From Candidatus Elulimicrobium sp. (GTDB taxonomy: Bacteria > Patescibacteriota > Minisyncoccia > Phycocordibacterales > UBA918), in NCBI GenBank assembly GCA_020720815.1, contig DYNY01000002.1, forward strand, positions 5,980 to 69,979: a stretch of 64,000 bases of DNA. Direction: 5' to 3'. Position numbers and translations under genes: made by a program. Positions 19,244 through 29,198 of the stretch are shown here, piece by piece. Under the pieces are notes generated by a model, which saw only the letters and a list, made by a program, of their open reading frames with translations, had not been told where the DNA came from and did not search any database. Position 1 is the first letter of the stretch; every line of letters begins with the position of its first letter.

Positions 19244-20116
19244 TTATTTGGGATGGTACCAGACGGCTGCCATCCATAACAGTACAAAAGGAAATATGTT
19301 AAGCATGGGTGTACTGTAACCGATAATAGACAGTAGTAACATACCAGTTTTTAACCCGCTTCCCCGACCAGTGGTAGGCCTAAGGCCGGCTGCGATGTAC
19401 TGAAAGTAGACAGTTAATATAGAAAGTAGTCCTAGAGCTAATATTAAGGCATATAAACCAGCTGCGATGGAAAAGGCTATTTCGGCGAAGTCGACACCAA
19501 TAAATTTAGCTACTTCATTTACGAGCGAAACAGCCTTGGCTGCTATCCATTTTAACACCCCACCCTCACTTTTGGTTATAGCATCTAAGCCGGCCACAAT
19601 ACCAAAGCTCAAAATTGATAAAATGGCCAATGGTAGTTGTACAAAAATCCAACTATATGTAATCCACGAAGCATTTCTAATAGTGACACTACTAGCGGTC
19701 ATTTTTGCTTTAATGTCAACACCGACGTTATGGTTGATTTTTGGGAGTTGTTTTTTTTGTCTAGAGCTTGAACTTACTTGCGTCCTGGCGCTAGCTTGGG
19801 CATTGCTAATAGCTTGATTAGTCTGGGCTTCGGGTAAACTTTTTTCCTTATCTAGTTTGTCAGTCTTAGCTGAATTACTGCCTAGCCCAAGCGGTCCAAG
19901 CATCTTCTCTCTAAAGGCTTGGTAAGCATAATCTTCATCTATGGTGGATCGGGAAAATCGACCAGTATTGTTGTCTTGTGGAGATACAGGCCCTCGTTGT
20001 TGCCCACCTTCCCAATCGGGGTTTATACCAGACTTACCACTGTAAGGTTTTGCACTTCTGTCCTGACCAGGAATTGGTTTTGGTTTAATTTTATGGTTAT
20101 CATCAAGTAGCGCCAT
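19244..20116 (-). CDS. Membrane protein with a roughly 150-aa disordered N-terminal tail and 3-4 C-terminal TM helices
   Basis: Low-complexity Q/S/K-rich N-terminus and hydrophobic C-terminal segments. Confidence 0.6.
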   Translation of the reverse strand: MALLDDNHKIKPKPIPGQDRSAKPYSGKSGINPDWEGGQQRGPVSPQDNNTGRFSRSTIDEDYAYQAFREKMLGPLGLGSNSAKTDKLDKEKSLPEAQTNQAISNAQASARTQVSSSSRQKKQLPKINHNVGVDIKAKMTASSVTIRNASWITYSWIFVQLPLAILSILSFGIVAGLDAITKSEGGVLKWIAAKAVSLVNEVAKFIGVDFAEIAFSIAAGLYALILALGLLSILTVYFQYIAAGLRPTTGRGSGLKTGMLLLSIIGYSTPMLNIFPFVLLWMAAVWYHPK

Positions 20117-20131
20117 AATAGTACCAGTATA

Positions 20132-21928
20132 CTATGCGCGAGAAGCTTTTAGTTCATCCCGGGAACGTTTTATCTGGAGAAGTTGTGAAGGATCGGAAGT
20201 AATAATCTGATCTTCGGTATATGAGGCAATAACTTTAATCGCAACATGTTTAAGGCCGACGAAGAAGATACCTTCCCCTACTCCTGATTCAAGTAAAAGA
20301 AACTTTTCTTGGTCAGTTAGGTTAAAAGTTTTTTGGATATTGTCAATCGCGGTTGGTGATTGTTTCATCAAAAACTGGATAGAAGAGTTGGTAATCATTG
20401 GTACACCATAAGGCGAACGTAAGAAGTCGTCGACGTCTTGAGTAATGGTAGCAATGCCAAGATAGTACTTACGACCACGCTTGGCTAAGCTAAATAAGAA
20501 GGAGGCTGTGTCTTCAGACTTCATCATCCACCAAGCTTCATCTATCACCAATAGACGCTTTGCTAGGCGACGGCGAACTGATCCCCAAATAAAGTTGGTG
20601 ATAATGTACATGGCGATGGTCTTGAGTTCGTCTTCCATATCGCGCAAAGAGAAAACCACGAACTTTTGGTTAATGTCGACATTAGTAGGTTTATTCATAA
20701 AGCCTGACCAGGTACCAGAGGTATATTTTTGTAATCTGGTAAGGAGCGAGTTGCTACCGTCCATACCAGCTAATACCATTTCAAAGTCGGTTAGTAACGG
20801 TGGTTCTTGGTTGCTGAAGTCTGCGTCACCGGTAATATCCTTAAGAGCATAGGTTTCTTGAATAGCAAGATCTAATACAGTCTCTTCTTCGGGGGTAAGT
20901 CCGCCCATCATAAGGCGGAAGAGACCGATGAGTTCAATAATATGCGTGCGTAAAATATCACTCGGACTTTCGTCAGCTCCTGGTGGTGGTAAGTCAAAGG
21001 GATTGATATGATGATCGGAAGAGAGAGAAATGTTAAAGAATCGCCCACCGGTGGCTTCGGCCAAATACTCGTACTCTTTTTCAGGATCAAGCACAATAAC
21101 TTCTGAACCAAACATTAAGGAGCGGAGAATTTCTAGTTTTAAGCCATATGACTTACCAGCACCAGAAGTAGCAAATGTCACTGAGTTGTAGTTGGTGAGA
21201 GAGAAGCGATCAAATAGTACTAGTGAAGAGTTATGGCGGTTAACTCCATAGAGAATACCGGTATCTGAAGTTAAATCAAAAGATGTAAATGGAAAAAAGC
21301 TCGATAATGGAGCAGAGTTAAACTTGCTGTGCACCAATAATTCATCGGTAGCCATCGGGAGGACACTCTTAATACCCTGTTCTTGTTGGAAAAGCGCTGG
21401 TTTTATGTACACGAGTTTTGAATCGAGCATCCCTTTAATGTTATTTTCAGCCTTATTTAATTCAGCTTCATCCTTGCCATAGATAGTAATGTATAGCCCA
21501 ACATCAAAAAGCTTTTCTTCGGCTTGTTGGAGTTTATCACGTAACTCTTCTAGGTTACGGAAAGCCGCTTCTAGTTGGGGGTCACGCACTTCCCCACGTT
21601 CGGCCTTGATGTTAATTTGACTCTGTACCTCGGCCACTTTTTTTTGGAATTTTTTTAGGGTATCGGCTGTGTCTATCGGGTGAACATAAATTGCTACATC
21701 AAGTTCTTTCTCAATACTTAAAATTGGCTCTAGCCAGCCTTCAGTTAGGTAGCGAGGATAGGCTACAGCATAAAGTACTCGGGCTTGTATCCCACTGATA
21801 TTTAAACTACGAGGAGTAAATTGAATAGCTGATGGCGCAACAACGTCGATAAGGGTCATTAGTTCATCACTAATTTTATCGCCTCTTGGTGTGCTGGTTT
21901 GTGGTTTTAAGAAATCAAAAAGTCCCAT
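20132..21928 (-). CDS. VirB4/TrbE/CagE-family type IV secretion ATPase
   Basis: Walker A ATSGAGKSYGLK, Walker B LLVIDEAWWMM (the DEAW signature), and the motif LAKRGRKYYLGIATITQ. Confidence 0.85.
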   Translation of the reverse strand: MGLFDFLKPQTSTPRGDKISDELMTLIDVVAPSAIQFTPRSLNISGIQARVLYAVAYPRYLTEGWLEPILSIEKELDVAIYVHPIDTADTLKKFQKKVAEVQSQINIKAERGEVRDPQLEAAFRNLEELRDKLQQAEEKLFDVGLYITIYGKDEAELNKAENNIKGMLDSKLVYIKPALFQQEQGIKSVLPMATDELLVHSKFNSAPLSSFFPFTSFDLTSDTGILYGVNRHNSSLVLFDRFSLTNYNSVTFATSGAGKSYGLKLEILRSLMFGSEVIVLDPEKEYEYLAEATGGRFFNISLSSDHHINPFDLPPPGADESPSDILRTHIIELIGLFRLMMGGLTPEEETVLDLAIQETYALKDITGDADFSNQEPPLLTDFEMVLAGMDGSNSLLTRLQKYTSGTWSGFMNKPTNVDINQKFVVFSLRDMEDELKTIAMYIITNFIWGSVRRRLAKRLLVIDEAWWMMKSEDTASFLFSLAKRGRKYYLGIATITQDVDDFLRSPYGVPMITNSSIQFLMKQSPTAIDNIQKTFNLTDQEKFLLLESGVGEGIFFVGLKHVAIKVIASYTEDQIITSDPSQLLQIKRSRDELKASRA

Positions 21929-21931
21929 ATA

Positions 21932-22579
21932 CTATGCGTTTTTAGACGGTGCCGAGCCGGTAGGGTCAGCTGGATTATAGATGTGATAAAATAGCTCAAC
22001 TAAGTCGTCAGTCTTTAGTGGTACAGTCCTTACTCCTACTCCACCAAGTCCATCTTGTACTAGTGCTAAACGTTGATCTAGTTGAATCCGGTGTTCTTCA
22101 AATTGTTGTTCACCAGGTAGGTTGGTTTTTCGTGGACTACCCATAAACATAGAAGTGATACCTTTGGTAATGTTAATTGGGGCTGGAGAATATGGCACTA
22201 CCACATAGAAGTTTTTTTGCATAATATCAACTTCGGTGGTAAAGGTGCGAATAAAATCAATATATTCTCGTAGCTGAATCCGCATGAGGTCGTTATCTTG
22301 GTTGGCCTCACGTGTACCTAGGAGTGCTAGGTAAGGGTCAATATTAAGTCGACGAGATTGTACATAGATCTGTAAAGAAAAATCTAGGGTGTTTAAAAAA
22401 GTTTGAAACTGTTGGAGAATAGCTTGTTGTTCATCGGTTGATTTGAGAGCAAAGTTGACTGATGAAGCTAGTAGGATTGAGCACATCTGGCCGTTCTTAA
22501 GTAAGACCACCCCGTCACGGATGTCTTTAATGGTTACAAAATCTTGGGTAGTAGCTGATGTTTTTGGCATATTATTCAA
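21932..22579 (-). CDS. Cytoplasmic hypothetical protein, possibly a split-off VirB4 N-terminal domain
   Basis: 215 aa sitting immediately upstream of the 598-aa VirB4-like ATPase. The combined length (about 813 aa) equals a canonical VirB4. Confidence 0.5.
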   Translation of the reverse strand: MNNMPKTSATTQDFVTIKDIRDGVVLLKNGQMCSILLASSVNFALKSTDEQQAILQQFQTFLNTLDFSLQIYVQSRRLNIDPYLALLGTREANQDNDLMRIQLREYIDFIRTFTTEVDIMQKNFYVVVPYSPAPINITKGITSMFMGSPRKTNLPGEQQFEEHRIQLDQRLALVQDGLGGVGVRTVPLKTDDLVELFYHIYNPADPTGSAPSKNA

Positions 22580-22988
22580 TTTTCTGCATCGCTTCTAACT
22601 CTAGGCGTCGTGCGAGCGAGATTGGTGGTGATTTAGGAACCACCACACTACTGTTAGTCGGCTTTTCCTCGGTAGAATTTGGCGTGAAAGAATACTTGTA
22701 AGTCTTTTGTTCTTTTTGACGCCAAAGATAGAGTTTAGTTCCTTGAAAATAGTTAATAATTGCTTCGAGGAAAAATGAGAAGGGGCGATTATTAACCGGA
22801 TAAAAAGCTAGTGCTCCGGCCAAAATAGCTAAGGGTAAACCAACTAAAATAAAGATAATAATATTAGCGGTAAAGAAAAGTACCACCCCCATCCCCACTC
22901 CGCCACCTAGATATAAAAATTGTCGCCAGGTTAGAGGGCCAAATATTTTATCCTCAATATCAATAAACTGTGGAACTTCAAATCTCAT
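22572..22988 (-). CDS. Small two-TM protein, VirB3-like by position and topology
   Basis: 138 aa with two adjacent hydrophobic helices (GVVLFFTANIIIFILVGLPLAILAGALAFY). It is encoded just upstream of the VirB4 genes, as in many T4SS loci. Confidence 0.45.
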   Translation of the reverse strand: MRFEVPQFIDIEDKIFGPLTWRQFLYLGGGVGMGVVLFFTANIIIFILVGLPLAILAGALAFYPVNNRPFSFFLEAIINYFQGTKLYLWRQKEQKTYKYSFTPNSTEEKPTNSSVVVPKSPPISLARRLELEAMQKIE

Positions 22989-23066
22989 GTCTTCTATTAT
23001 ACATGTCTAAGTACCAATGAGACACCGCTAGTTCTGTGTCTATCCACAATTAACTTGGATAATTTT

Positions 23067-23594
23067 TTATTCGGTTTCCCAGCGTGGGGTGCTAGAAGAT
23101 GGCGGTGGCGGCGGTATGCGAGTAGTCAAAGTGGCTTTAGCTTCAGTTAAGATAGCTGATTGAGTGGTGGTATAGACGTTTTCTGTGGGATGAGGAATGG
23201 GTTTAGGAATAGCCTTCAAGACCGCTTCAGCTTCAAGGATTTCAGATTCCAATAGATTGGTACTTGGTGACAAAAATGTTTCACTATAAATTTCCTCGTA
23301 GGCGCTTACTATTGGTAGCGGTAAGGCTTGAATAAAGCCTTCGACTAGTAATTCACCATCACTCCTAGGTATACCACATTCCTCTTCGGCAAAGATTATA
23401 AATTCTGGTCGATCAAAGAAGAAAGTCATTAGTAAGACAAAACCATTTTCTAAAACAACAGATTGTTCATCATTTAAATTACTCGTGTCAACAAAGACAC
23501 CACATATCTCTTCAAAATAATCACTAAGGACAAAGTCTCGGTAGGTGGGGTCAAGCGACAGTAGTCTTTGTTCGATGGTTTGTTGTGGTGTCAT
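23067..23594 (-). CDS. Hypothetical cytoplasmic protein with a Pro-rich C-terminus
   Basis: 175 aa with operon context and no recognisable motif. Confidence 0.5.
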   Translation of the reverse strand: MTPQQTIEQRLLSLDPTYRDFVLSDYFEEICGVFVDTSNLNDEQSVVLENGFVLLMTFFFDRPEFIIFAEEECGIPRSDGELLVEGFIQALPLPIVSAYEEIYSETFLSPSTNLLESEILEAEAVLKAIPKPIPHPTENVYTTTQSAILTEAKATLTTRIPPPPPSSSTPRWETE

Positions 23595-23609
23595 ATTAAT
23601 TATTTGAAG

Positions 23610-25721
23610 CTAGGCCGCTGGTGCTGGTTTTGCTTCAGCAGATTTTTCTTTTTCATCTTTAAGACTCTTTTGTAGCTCTTTTAACAGTTTATCTCTGTTA
23701 AGATTGTCTTTGGCATTTGTCTCTGTCTTCAAGATGTTGGCTTGTGCTTTTTGACCATACTCGCCATAGTAATTTTTCATGTGGTCGGCTACGTCTTTAT
23801 TTCTCCGACCAAAAGAGTGATTATTTCTTATGATTGGAACTTTATTCCAGGTATCAGCCCTACCTTGGATAGTTTTTGCATAGGCTATTTGATTGGCGTA
23901 TATCGTGGCAGATTCAGCCTTGGTTTTTAGACTATCCATTACACCTTTCAATACCGTCTGTGAAGTAGCAAAATTTTTCTGAGCGGTCGCGACATCATTT
24001 TTCAAATCAGCTAAGCCACTTGTTTCTTCTATCTTGTCTAATTCGGCTTTGGTCGTATTTAGTTTCTTTTCTATCTCATCACTTTGATCTTTGGTTTGAT
24101 ACTTCTTGGCGTCTTTTAGTTCCGCTTCAAGTTTAGCAATCTCTGCCTCCTTAGCTGACTTCTCCGTCGCTATTTCTGCTTCTTTGGTTGCTACCGCGGC
24201 GGTAGTTGAAGCTACCGCGGCGGTATTAGTGGTATGAGTACCATCGGCTTTATGTAGTTCACTACCTACCTTGGTCTTCTCTTCGTCCACTAAGTTTTTT
24301 GTATTTTCTTCTAAGGCTTTCTTTCCTGCCTCACTTTTTATATCAATTTTATCTAAGCTATTATTAAACTTAATTTCACGCTCTCGTCTTTTCTTATCGG
24401 CTTCCTCTTTGCGCGCCAAATAGCCTTTATCGTTACCACCACCCAGGCCGAAAGCCTTACCGACTCCACCAATATTACGAACATCATAAGAACTATTGGC
24501 GACACCTTTAGTTGTTTTCAGCAAGGCCTTACCTGTCCTGCTCTCGGCAGCCCATTTATTGAAGGATGGGTTATTGGCGAGCCTATTTCCTGCCCGACCA
24601 GCCAGTTGCCGACCGGCAAAGGCGGCGGTACCGGCCGTTGCACCACCGGCAGCTCGCTTGCCGTACGACTTGGCCTTACCAACCATCTTATTACCAATCG
24701 ACATAACCGCCCCGCTACCATTAGCACCCATCTTTTGCGCGACAACAACGGCCGCAATAAGAAAGACGGCGGTAAGGATAAAAGGTGGAAAAACCTGAAT
24801 AAAGGAGGCCGGAGCTTCTTTTGTCCACATAGCACTAAGTGACTTTGGCCCGCCACCGGTAATAGAAAAATTTGCTAACACTTTAGCTGAAAAGTAGATC
24901 ATTAGAATATAAGCCGGGGCGACAAAACAACGACTCAAAAAACCACTCCAATATTCAGTGGAGTACTTGGACATTGAGGGGAAAACCCAACCAATAAACA
25001 TAATTGGTGACAGTACCATGTAGATGTTTAGTACCACAAAACGAATAATTAGCAAAAACGACCCGGCAAAAAACACAAAGGCTGTTATGATATATAAGAA
25101 CATCGTGCCAAAAATATAGCCAAAAGATCCTCCCCCTCTTAATTTTTCAAAATCTGCCCCAGACTTGCTAGAGAAGTCCAAGACACTGGTTAGACCCATA
25201 AGACGCATAAATTCACCAGAAATACTAACAGCACCATCGGCATCTTTTGGAAACGAATTTACTAGTTGTACCGTGGAGATGTTAGAAAAATCAACCACAA
25301 ACTTTGTGATAAAGAGACTAAAATTTACTAAGAGAGCGGCCAGGATAATTGAAATTAGCATTTTTTTGGTATTACTGTCACTGCCGAAAATCATCCGTAG
25401 GCCAATAAAGACTAAGCCAAAGATAAAGGTTAGATTGAAAATGTCCCGCACCGTTACCCAAAGTGTATCGATGGTTAGGCCGAGTCCACTCTCTGCAAAG
25501 AGCTTGCCAAAACCAATCACCATATGGTTAATTGTGTAGTCCAGAAACATTCCACTAATCCAGACCAACCAGCCAAACAGTAAGTTGACCAACGTCCATA
25601 GAAATTCTTCCAATAGGTTAGCGTAAGTTATGTGCGGAACAAAAACCACCAGTAATAGTAAACCAAGCACCGCTACCAAGGCGCTTTTTTGGTTTAATCT
25701 CTTACTAAAACTCTTAAACAT
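23610..25721 (-). CDS. Polytopic membrane protein with a long C-terminal coiled coil, VirB6/TrbL-like
   Basis: 703 aa with at least six TM helices in the first ~400 aa, then a Gly/Ala-rich linker and a K/E-rich coiled coil (EAEIAKLEAELKDAKK). Confidence 0.55.
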   Translation of the reverse strand: MFKSFSKRLNQKSALVAVLGLLLLVVFVPHITYANLLEEFLWTLVNLLFGWLVWISGMFLDYTINHMVIGFGKLFAESGLGLTIDTLWVTVRDIFNLTFIFGLVFIGLRMIFGSDSNTKKMLISIILAALLVNFSLFITKFVVDFSNISTVQLVNSFPKDADGAVSISGEFMRLMGLTSVLDFSSKSGADFEKLRGGGSFGYIFGTMFLYIITAFVFFAGSFLLIIRFVVLNIYMVLSPIMFIGWVFPSMSKYSTEYWSGFLSRCFVAPAYILMIYFSAKVLANFSITGGGPKSLSAMWTKEAPASFIQVFPPFILTAVFLIAAVVVAQKMGANGSGAVMSIGNKMVGKAKSYGKRAAGGATAGTAAFAGRQLAGRAGNRLANNPSFNKWAAESRTGKALLKTTKGVANSSYDVRNIGGVGKAFGLGGGNDKGYLARKEEADKKRREREIKFNNSLDKIDIKSEAGKKALEENTKNLVDEEKTKVGSELHKADGTHTTNTAAVASTTAAVATKEAEIATEKSAKEAEIAKLEAELKDAKKYQTKDQSDEIEKKLNTTKAELDKIEETSGLADLKNDVATAQKNFATSQTVLKGVMDSLKTKAESATIYANQIAYAKTIQGRADTWNKVPIIRNNHSFGRRNKDVADHMKNYYGEYGQKAQANILKTETNAKDNLNRDKLLKELQKSLKDEKEKSAEAKPAPAA

Positions 25722-25739
25722 AACCTAATGCTAAGCCAA

Positions 25740-27224
25740 TTAGTCTTTCAAGAAATTTTTCCAAATTATTTCTTTTCCATTTACTTCTGGCTCTGAGTGC
25801 AAGTCACGATTGTTGGTAAATTCGTTAGTTAGCTCTTGTAAGGTGGTAGGGTTTACACCATCGACCATCATGTCATCAAATCGTAGTAAGATACCATTTA
25901 AGGATTTTAAGAATATAGGTTCTGGATCTGCTGGGTCTCCGATATTGGAAATAATGATAGGCCGAGTCTCATCCATCTCATTGAGAATTTCTTGTGCCTC
26001 AGTCCTTCGTTCCAGACTATTGTTGATGATATCTAGTATAAAGGCTTCAAATAATGGATGGTAATTATTAATCAAAGCCAAATAGTCATTTTCCACAATA
26101 ATTGCGTCTTCGATTAACTCTCTAAAGACCGCTGGACTAAGTGATGAATCAGCTTCGGCCACTTGGGTAGTGTAGGCTTGTCCATTGTAGACGTAGCCTG
26201 AACCCCCTGATAATCCTAGTAAACCAGCCGCTCCGGTAAAGGCTTTCTGGGTGATTTGTGCAAATAAGGCACTAACCAACTCATTTATTTCGTCGGCAGA
26301 AATGAGTGACTGTGGTCCGGTAGAGGTTTGAAAAGTAAGAGCTTCATTTATTACTTTACCAGGAGTAGTGATAGTGCAGTTTTTGCGCGGAGAATCGGCT
26401 CCTTCCACAACTTCACAGAGTTTACTAGAGAGGAAGCCTGAACCGTAATCTAAAAGCTTGAATTCCTCACCTCGAGCATTGGTGATGCGAGCACTTGCCT
26501 CAGATTGGGCTGATAGTATTCCACCGAGAGGAGTCAAAGCCTTCGGGTTTTGGGTAATAGCAAAGAAACTGTCCCAACCGCCGTTTTCGACAAAAGTAGC
26601 TGTTCCTTCAATAAACTTATCGACATTTTCGATCGCACCGCTTAAGGTGCAGGCGGTTGATTTACCAGGCGCTTCTCCATTCATGCGTTGGTAGTCGTAT
26701 GATATCGCTAAAGCTAGACGCACATCAAGCTTAAAAGGGGCGCAGATAAAAGAGAAGGCACCACCAAGTTCTTCCAAATATTGACCAAACTGCTCGTCTG
26801 CTATCTGCGTGACAAACCCTTTGAAATCAGTGATAAAAGCCGGGCTACCTTCAAAGCCTGAATTTACCCAATTAACCATACTAGAGGTCATCTGCGAAAG
26901 AATATTTTTTGCTAATGACCAAGCTATACCGTCTAAGACGTTTTCAAGCACAAAGGATGAACTAGTCATTGCTGCGGTAACACCATCTAGACTGACAGAG
27001 GCTGTGGTAGCCGCATTGACACCAAGAAGTTGAAACATATTCAATATCTGGGTTGCTTCACTAGATCCGCCCGCCATTGGTCCACCGGCTTCAACCTTAT
27101 CTATTTTATTAAAATCGTGTGGTATATAAAGACTAACTAAGCCAAAACAAAAAACAAAAATAAATATTAGAAATCGTTCGATTATTTGGTGTATTTTTAT
27201 CATATTAGAGTTGTTACTGAACAT
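25740..27224 (-). CDS. N-terminally anchored, exported hypothetical protein in the T4SS-like operon
   Basis: TM helix (FLIFIFVFCFGLVSLYI), then a roughly 450-aa soluble domain. The start is probably the internal Met at 27203. Confidence 0.6.
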   Translation of the reverse strand: MFSNNSNMIKIHQIIERFLIFIFVFCFGLVSLYIPHDFNKIDKVEAGGPMAGGSSEATQILNMFQLLGVNAATTASVSLDGVTAAMTSSSFVLENVLDGIAWSLAKNILSQMTSSMVNWVNSGFEGSPAFITDFKGFVTQIADEQFGQYLEELGGAFSFICAPFKLDVRLALAISYDYQRMNGEAPGKSTACTLSGAIENVDKFIEGTATFVENGGWDSFFAITQNPKALTPLGGILSAQSEASARITNARGEEFKLLDYGSGFLSSKLCEVVEGADSPRKNCTITTPGKVINEALTFQTSTGPQSLISADEINELVSALFAQITQKAFTGAAGLLGLSGGSGYVYNGQAYTTQVAEADSSLSPAVFRELIEDAIIVENDYLALINNYHPLFEAFILDIINNSLERRTEAQEILNEMDETRPIIISNIGDPADPEPIFLKSLNGILLRFDDMMVDGVNPTTLQELTNEFTNNRDLHSEPEVNGKEIIWKNFLKD

Positions 27225-28116
27225 TTTGGCTAAAATTGGTTAGTAAGATGGCCGAATCATTCATACCAAAAACTTTTGCATGAGGAACTAAAGCATCATA
27301 TATATTGGTTAAAGCCAAACCCAAACCCTTAATATCGTCTTCGTAACGTTTTATTCTTATATAAGGAACCATCGGGTCGGAAATGGCTTCGCTCATGCTT
27401 TTAATATTTTCATACATAGCGTTATAAACATTTATTAAGTCCAAGTGTTGTTTGATGAATTCTCTCGGTACAGCAATAGAAGCTGTCGAATCCCGATAGT
27501 CCTTATAGACTTGGGCTAACCGCTTTAGGTCAGAATCGTCTCTTGTGTCCTCCGGTGAAGCAAGATAGTCACGTAGTAAGAGCATTTCGTTGTCCAAATC
27601 TTTTTGACTTTTGGTAAGCAGAATATCGGCAATGGCATTACCGTAATTACGAATATCCTTATCTTGGCTTTGATTGGAAATTATTATGTCTTTTACGTCA
27701 TAAATTTTGTCTTCGGTAGCCACATCACCTAGTCTTTCAACCGCTTCTTGCAATAGCAACTCTTTTGGTTTAGCGATTGGTCCAGCCGCTTTAGTGGCTA
27801 ATAAGTTTTCAAGAAGTGTAACACCAAGTTGCCCGGTTAAAGTCTTAGGCGTTTCATAAGCCGAAGCGTCAGTCGTGGTTAGTGTCACGGCTGGAGTGGT
27901 AACAAATTGGTCACGCCAATCCTCAACCCCATCGATATCATTGTCAGTTGTAGGAATAAAAACCCGCATCGGGGCTTCGTCTGCCTTAGCGGATTCTATT
28001 TTTGTTAAAGATGAGGTGCGTGGTTCACCAAAATTACTAACTACATAAGCTCCAGCCACGATAGCAAAACCAATCATGAAAGAACCAACTACTTTTGGGT
28101 TTCGAAAGTATTCCAT
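27214..28116 (-). CDS. N-terminally anchored, exported hypothetical protein, first gene of the T4SS-like operon
   Basis: TM helix (VVGSFMIGFAIVAGAYVV) and an acidic soluble domain. The upstream region (28117-28174) is AT-rich, promoter-like. Confidence 0.6.
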   Translation of the reverse strand: MEYFRNPKVVGSFMIGFAIVAGAYVVSNFGEPRTSSLTKIESAKADEAPMRVFIPTTDNDIDGVEDWRDQFVTTPAVTLTTTDASAYETPKTLTGQLGVTLLENLLATKAAGPIAKPKELLLQEAVERLGDVATEDKIYDVKDIIISNQSQDKDIRNYGNAIADILLTKSQKDLDNEMLLLRDYLASPEDTRDDSDLKRLAQVYKDYRDSTASIAVPREFIKQHLDLINVYNAMYENIKSMSEAISDPMVPYIRIKRYEDDIKGLGLALTNIYDALVPHAKVFGMNDSAILLTNFSQNVQ

Positions 28117-28174
28117 AAATATAGTATAGCAGTCATCAGCCTACAAAATGACTAGTTATGTATACATCTGTGAA

Positions 28175-29086
28175 CTACTTGATTTGATTTGTCATACTAA
28201 CTGGTACTCCTTTTAATGCTTTAGCTAAAGCCAACCAAGTCTCTAAGTCTAAGTCCTCTCCGCGGACAGTTAGTGATAGTTTAAGCTTGGTAAAAATAGT
28301 AGTAATATCAGTTCGTTTAAATTCATGACCTAGATTATGAATTAGTTGTTTGCGTTTTTTACCAAGTCCAAGGTGTAGTAAATAAAAGAAAAAATCAGCT
28401 TTAAGATCAGTAAAATTATTTTGATTTATGTTCAAAATGGCCAAAATGGCTGAGTCGACATTGGGTTGAGGGTGAAAATGACCCCTGACCACAGTTCTTA
28501 CATAGTTTGGTTCGCCAAAAGCTCGCACCGAAAGGGATAGCAAAGATTCCTTTTTTGCTCGAGCGATTCTGGAAACTAATTCTTTTTGCATTAAAAAAAC
28601 TAGAGTATTTGGCTGGATGGGACTTTCTAAAAATTGTCTAAGTAATAAGCCTGAAAGATAATAAGGAATATTAGCCACCACCTTAAATTGTTTATTTTTA
28701 AGACCCAAGGTAGTGGGAGTGATATAACGTGCATCACCATGAATGAGTTTTAGTTTGCCAACCTTGATTTCTAGGGCGAAGGCCTCTTTTAGGTGAGGCA
28801 ATACCCTTTCATCAGCTTCAATCGCCAGCACACTTACTCCCCTTTTTAGGAGCGCACCAGTCAAACGTCCGGTACCAGGCCCAATTTCTAGTACAGTTTC
28901 TCCGGCCTCTAACCTACCGGCATCACAAAGCCACTCAGGGACAACATTACTGGTAAGGAAATTTTGCCCAAGGGATTTTTTGTGCTTGAAAGTAGGTCTT
29001 TCGGCTGGATTTGAGTTTGTTTTGTCCTCTTTCATACTGCGAGCATACAAAGAGCCAGTAAAAATAGCAATAGTTAAGTAAAACAA
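28175..29086 (-). CDS. rsmA: 16S rRNA (adenine1518/1519-N6)-dimethyltransferase RsmA/KsgA
   Basis: LGQNFL motif, SAM site EIGPGTGRLT, and NIPY motif. The true start is likely MKEDKT near 29035. Confidence 0.9.
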   Translation of the reverse strand: MFYLTIAIFTGSLYARSMKEDKTNSNPAERPTFKHKKSLGQNFLTSNVVPEWLCDAGRLEAGETVLEIGPGTGRLTGALLKRGVSVLAIEADERVLPHLKEAFALEIKVGKLKLIHGDARYITPTTLGLKNKQFKVVANIPYYLSGLLLRQFLESPIQPNTLVFLMQKELVSRIARAKKESLLSLSVRAFGEPNYVRTVVRGHFHPQPNVDSAILAILNINQNNFTDLKADFFFYLLHLGLGKKRKQLIHNLGHEFKRTDITTIFTKLKLSLTVRGEDLDLETWLALAKALKGVPVSMTNQIK

Positions 29087-29198
29087 AGAGTGGCGCAGCC
29101 ACGACTATGTTTTACTTATGCAGGCGCTTAGCTGAGCCGCGACCCCACAGGGAGCGGGCAGCTAAGTTATATGTCCGGTCACTACATTCCTTTGTTTA

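Noticed and set aside
24496-24856. Several 78-112-aa ORFs in both strands inside the VirB6-like gene.
   Set aside because: They arise from the Gly/Ala-rich, GC-rich linker segment of the 703-aa protein.
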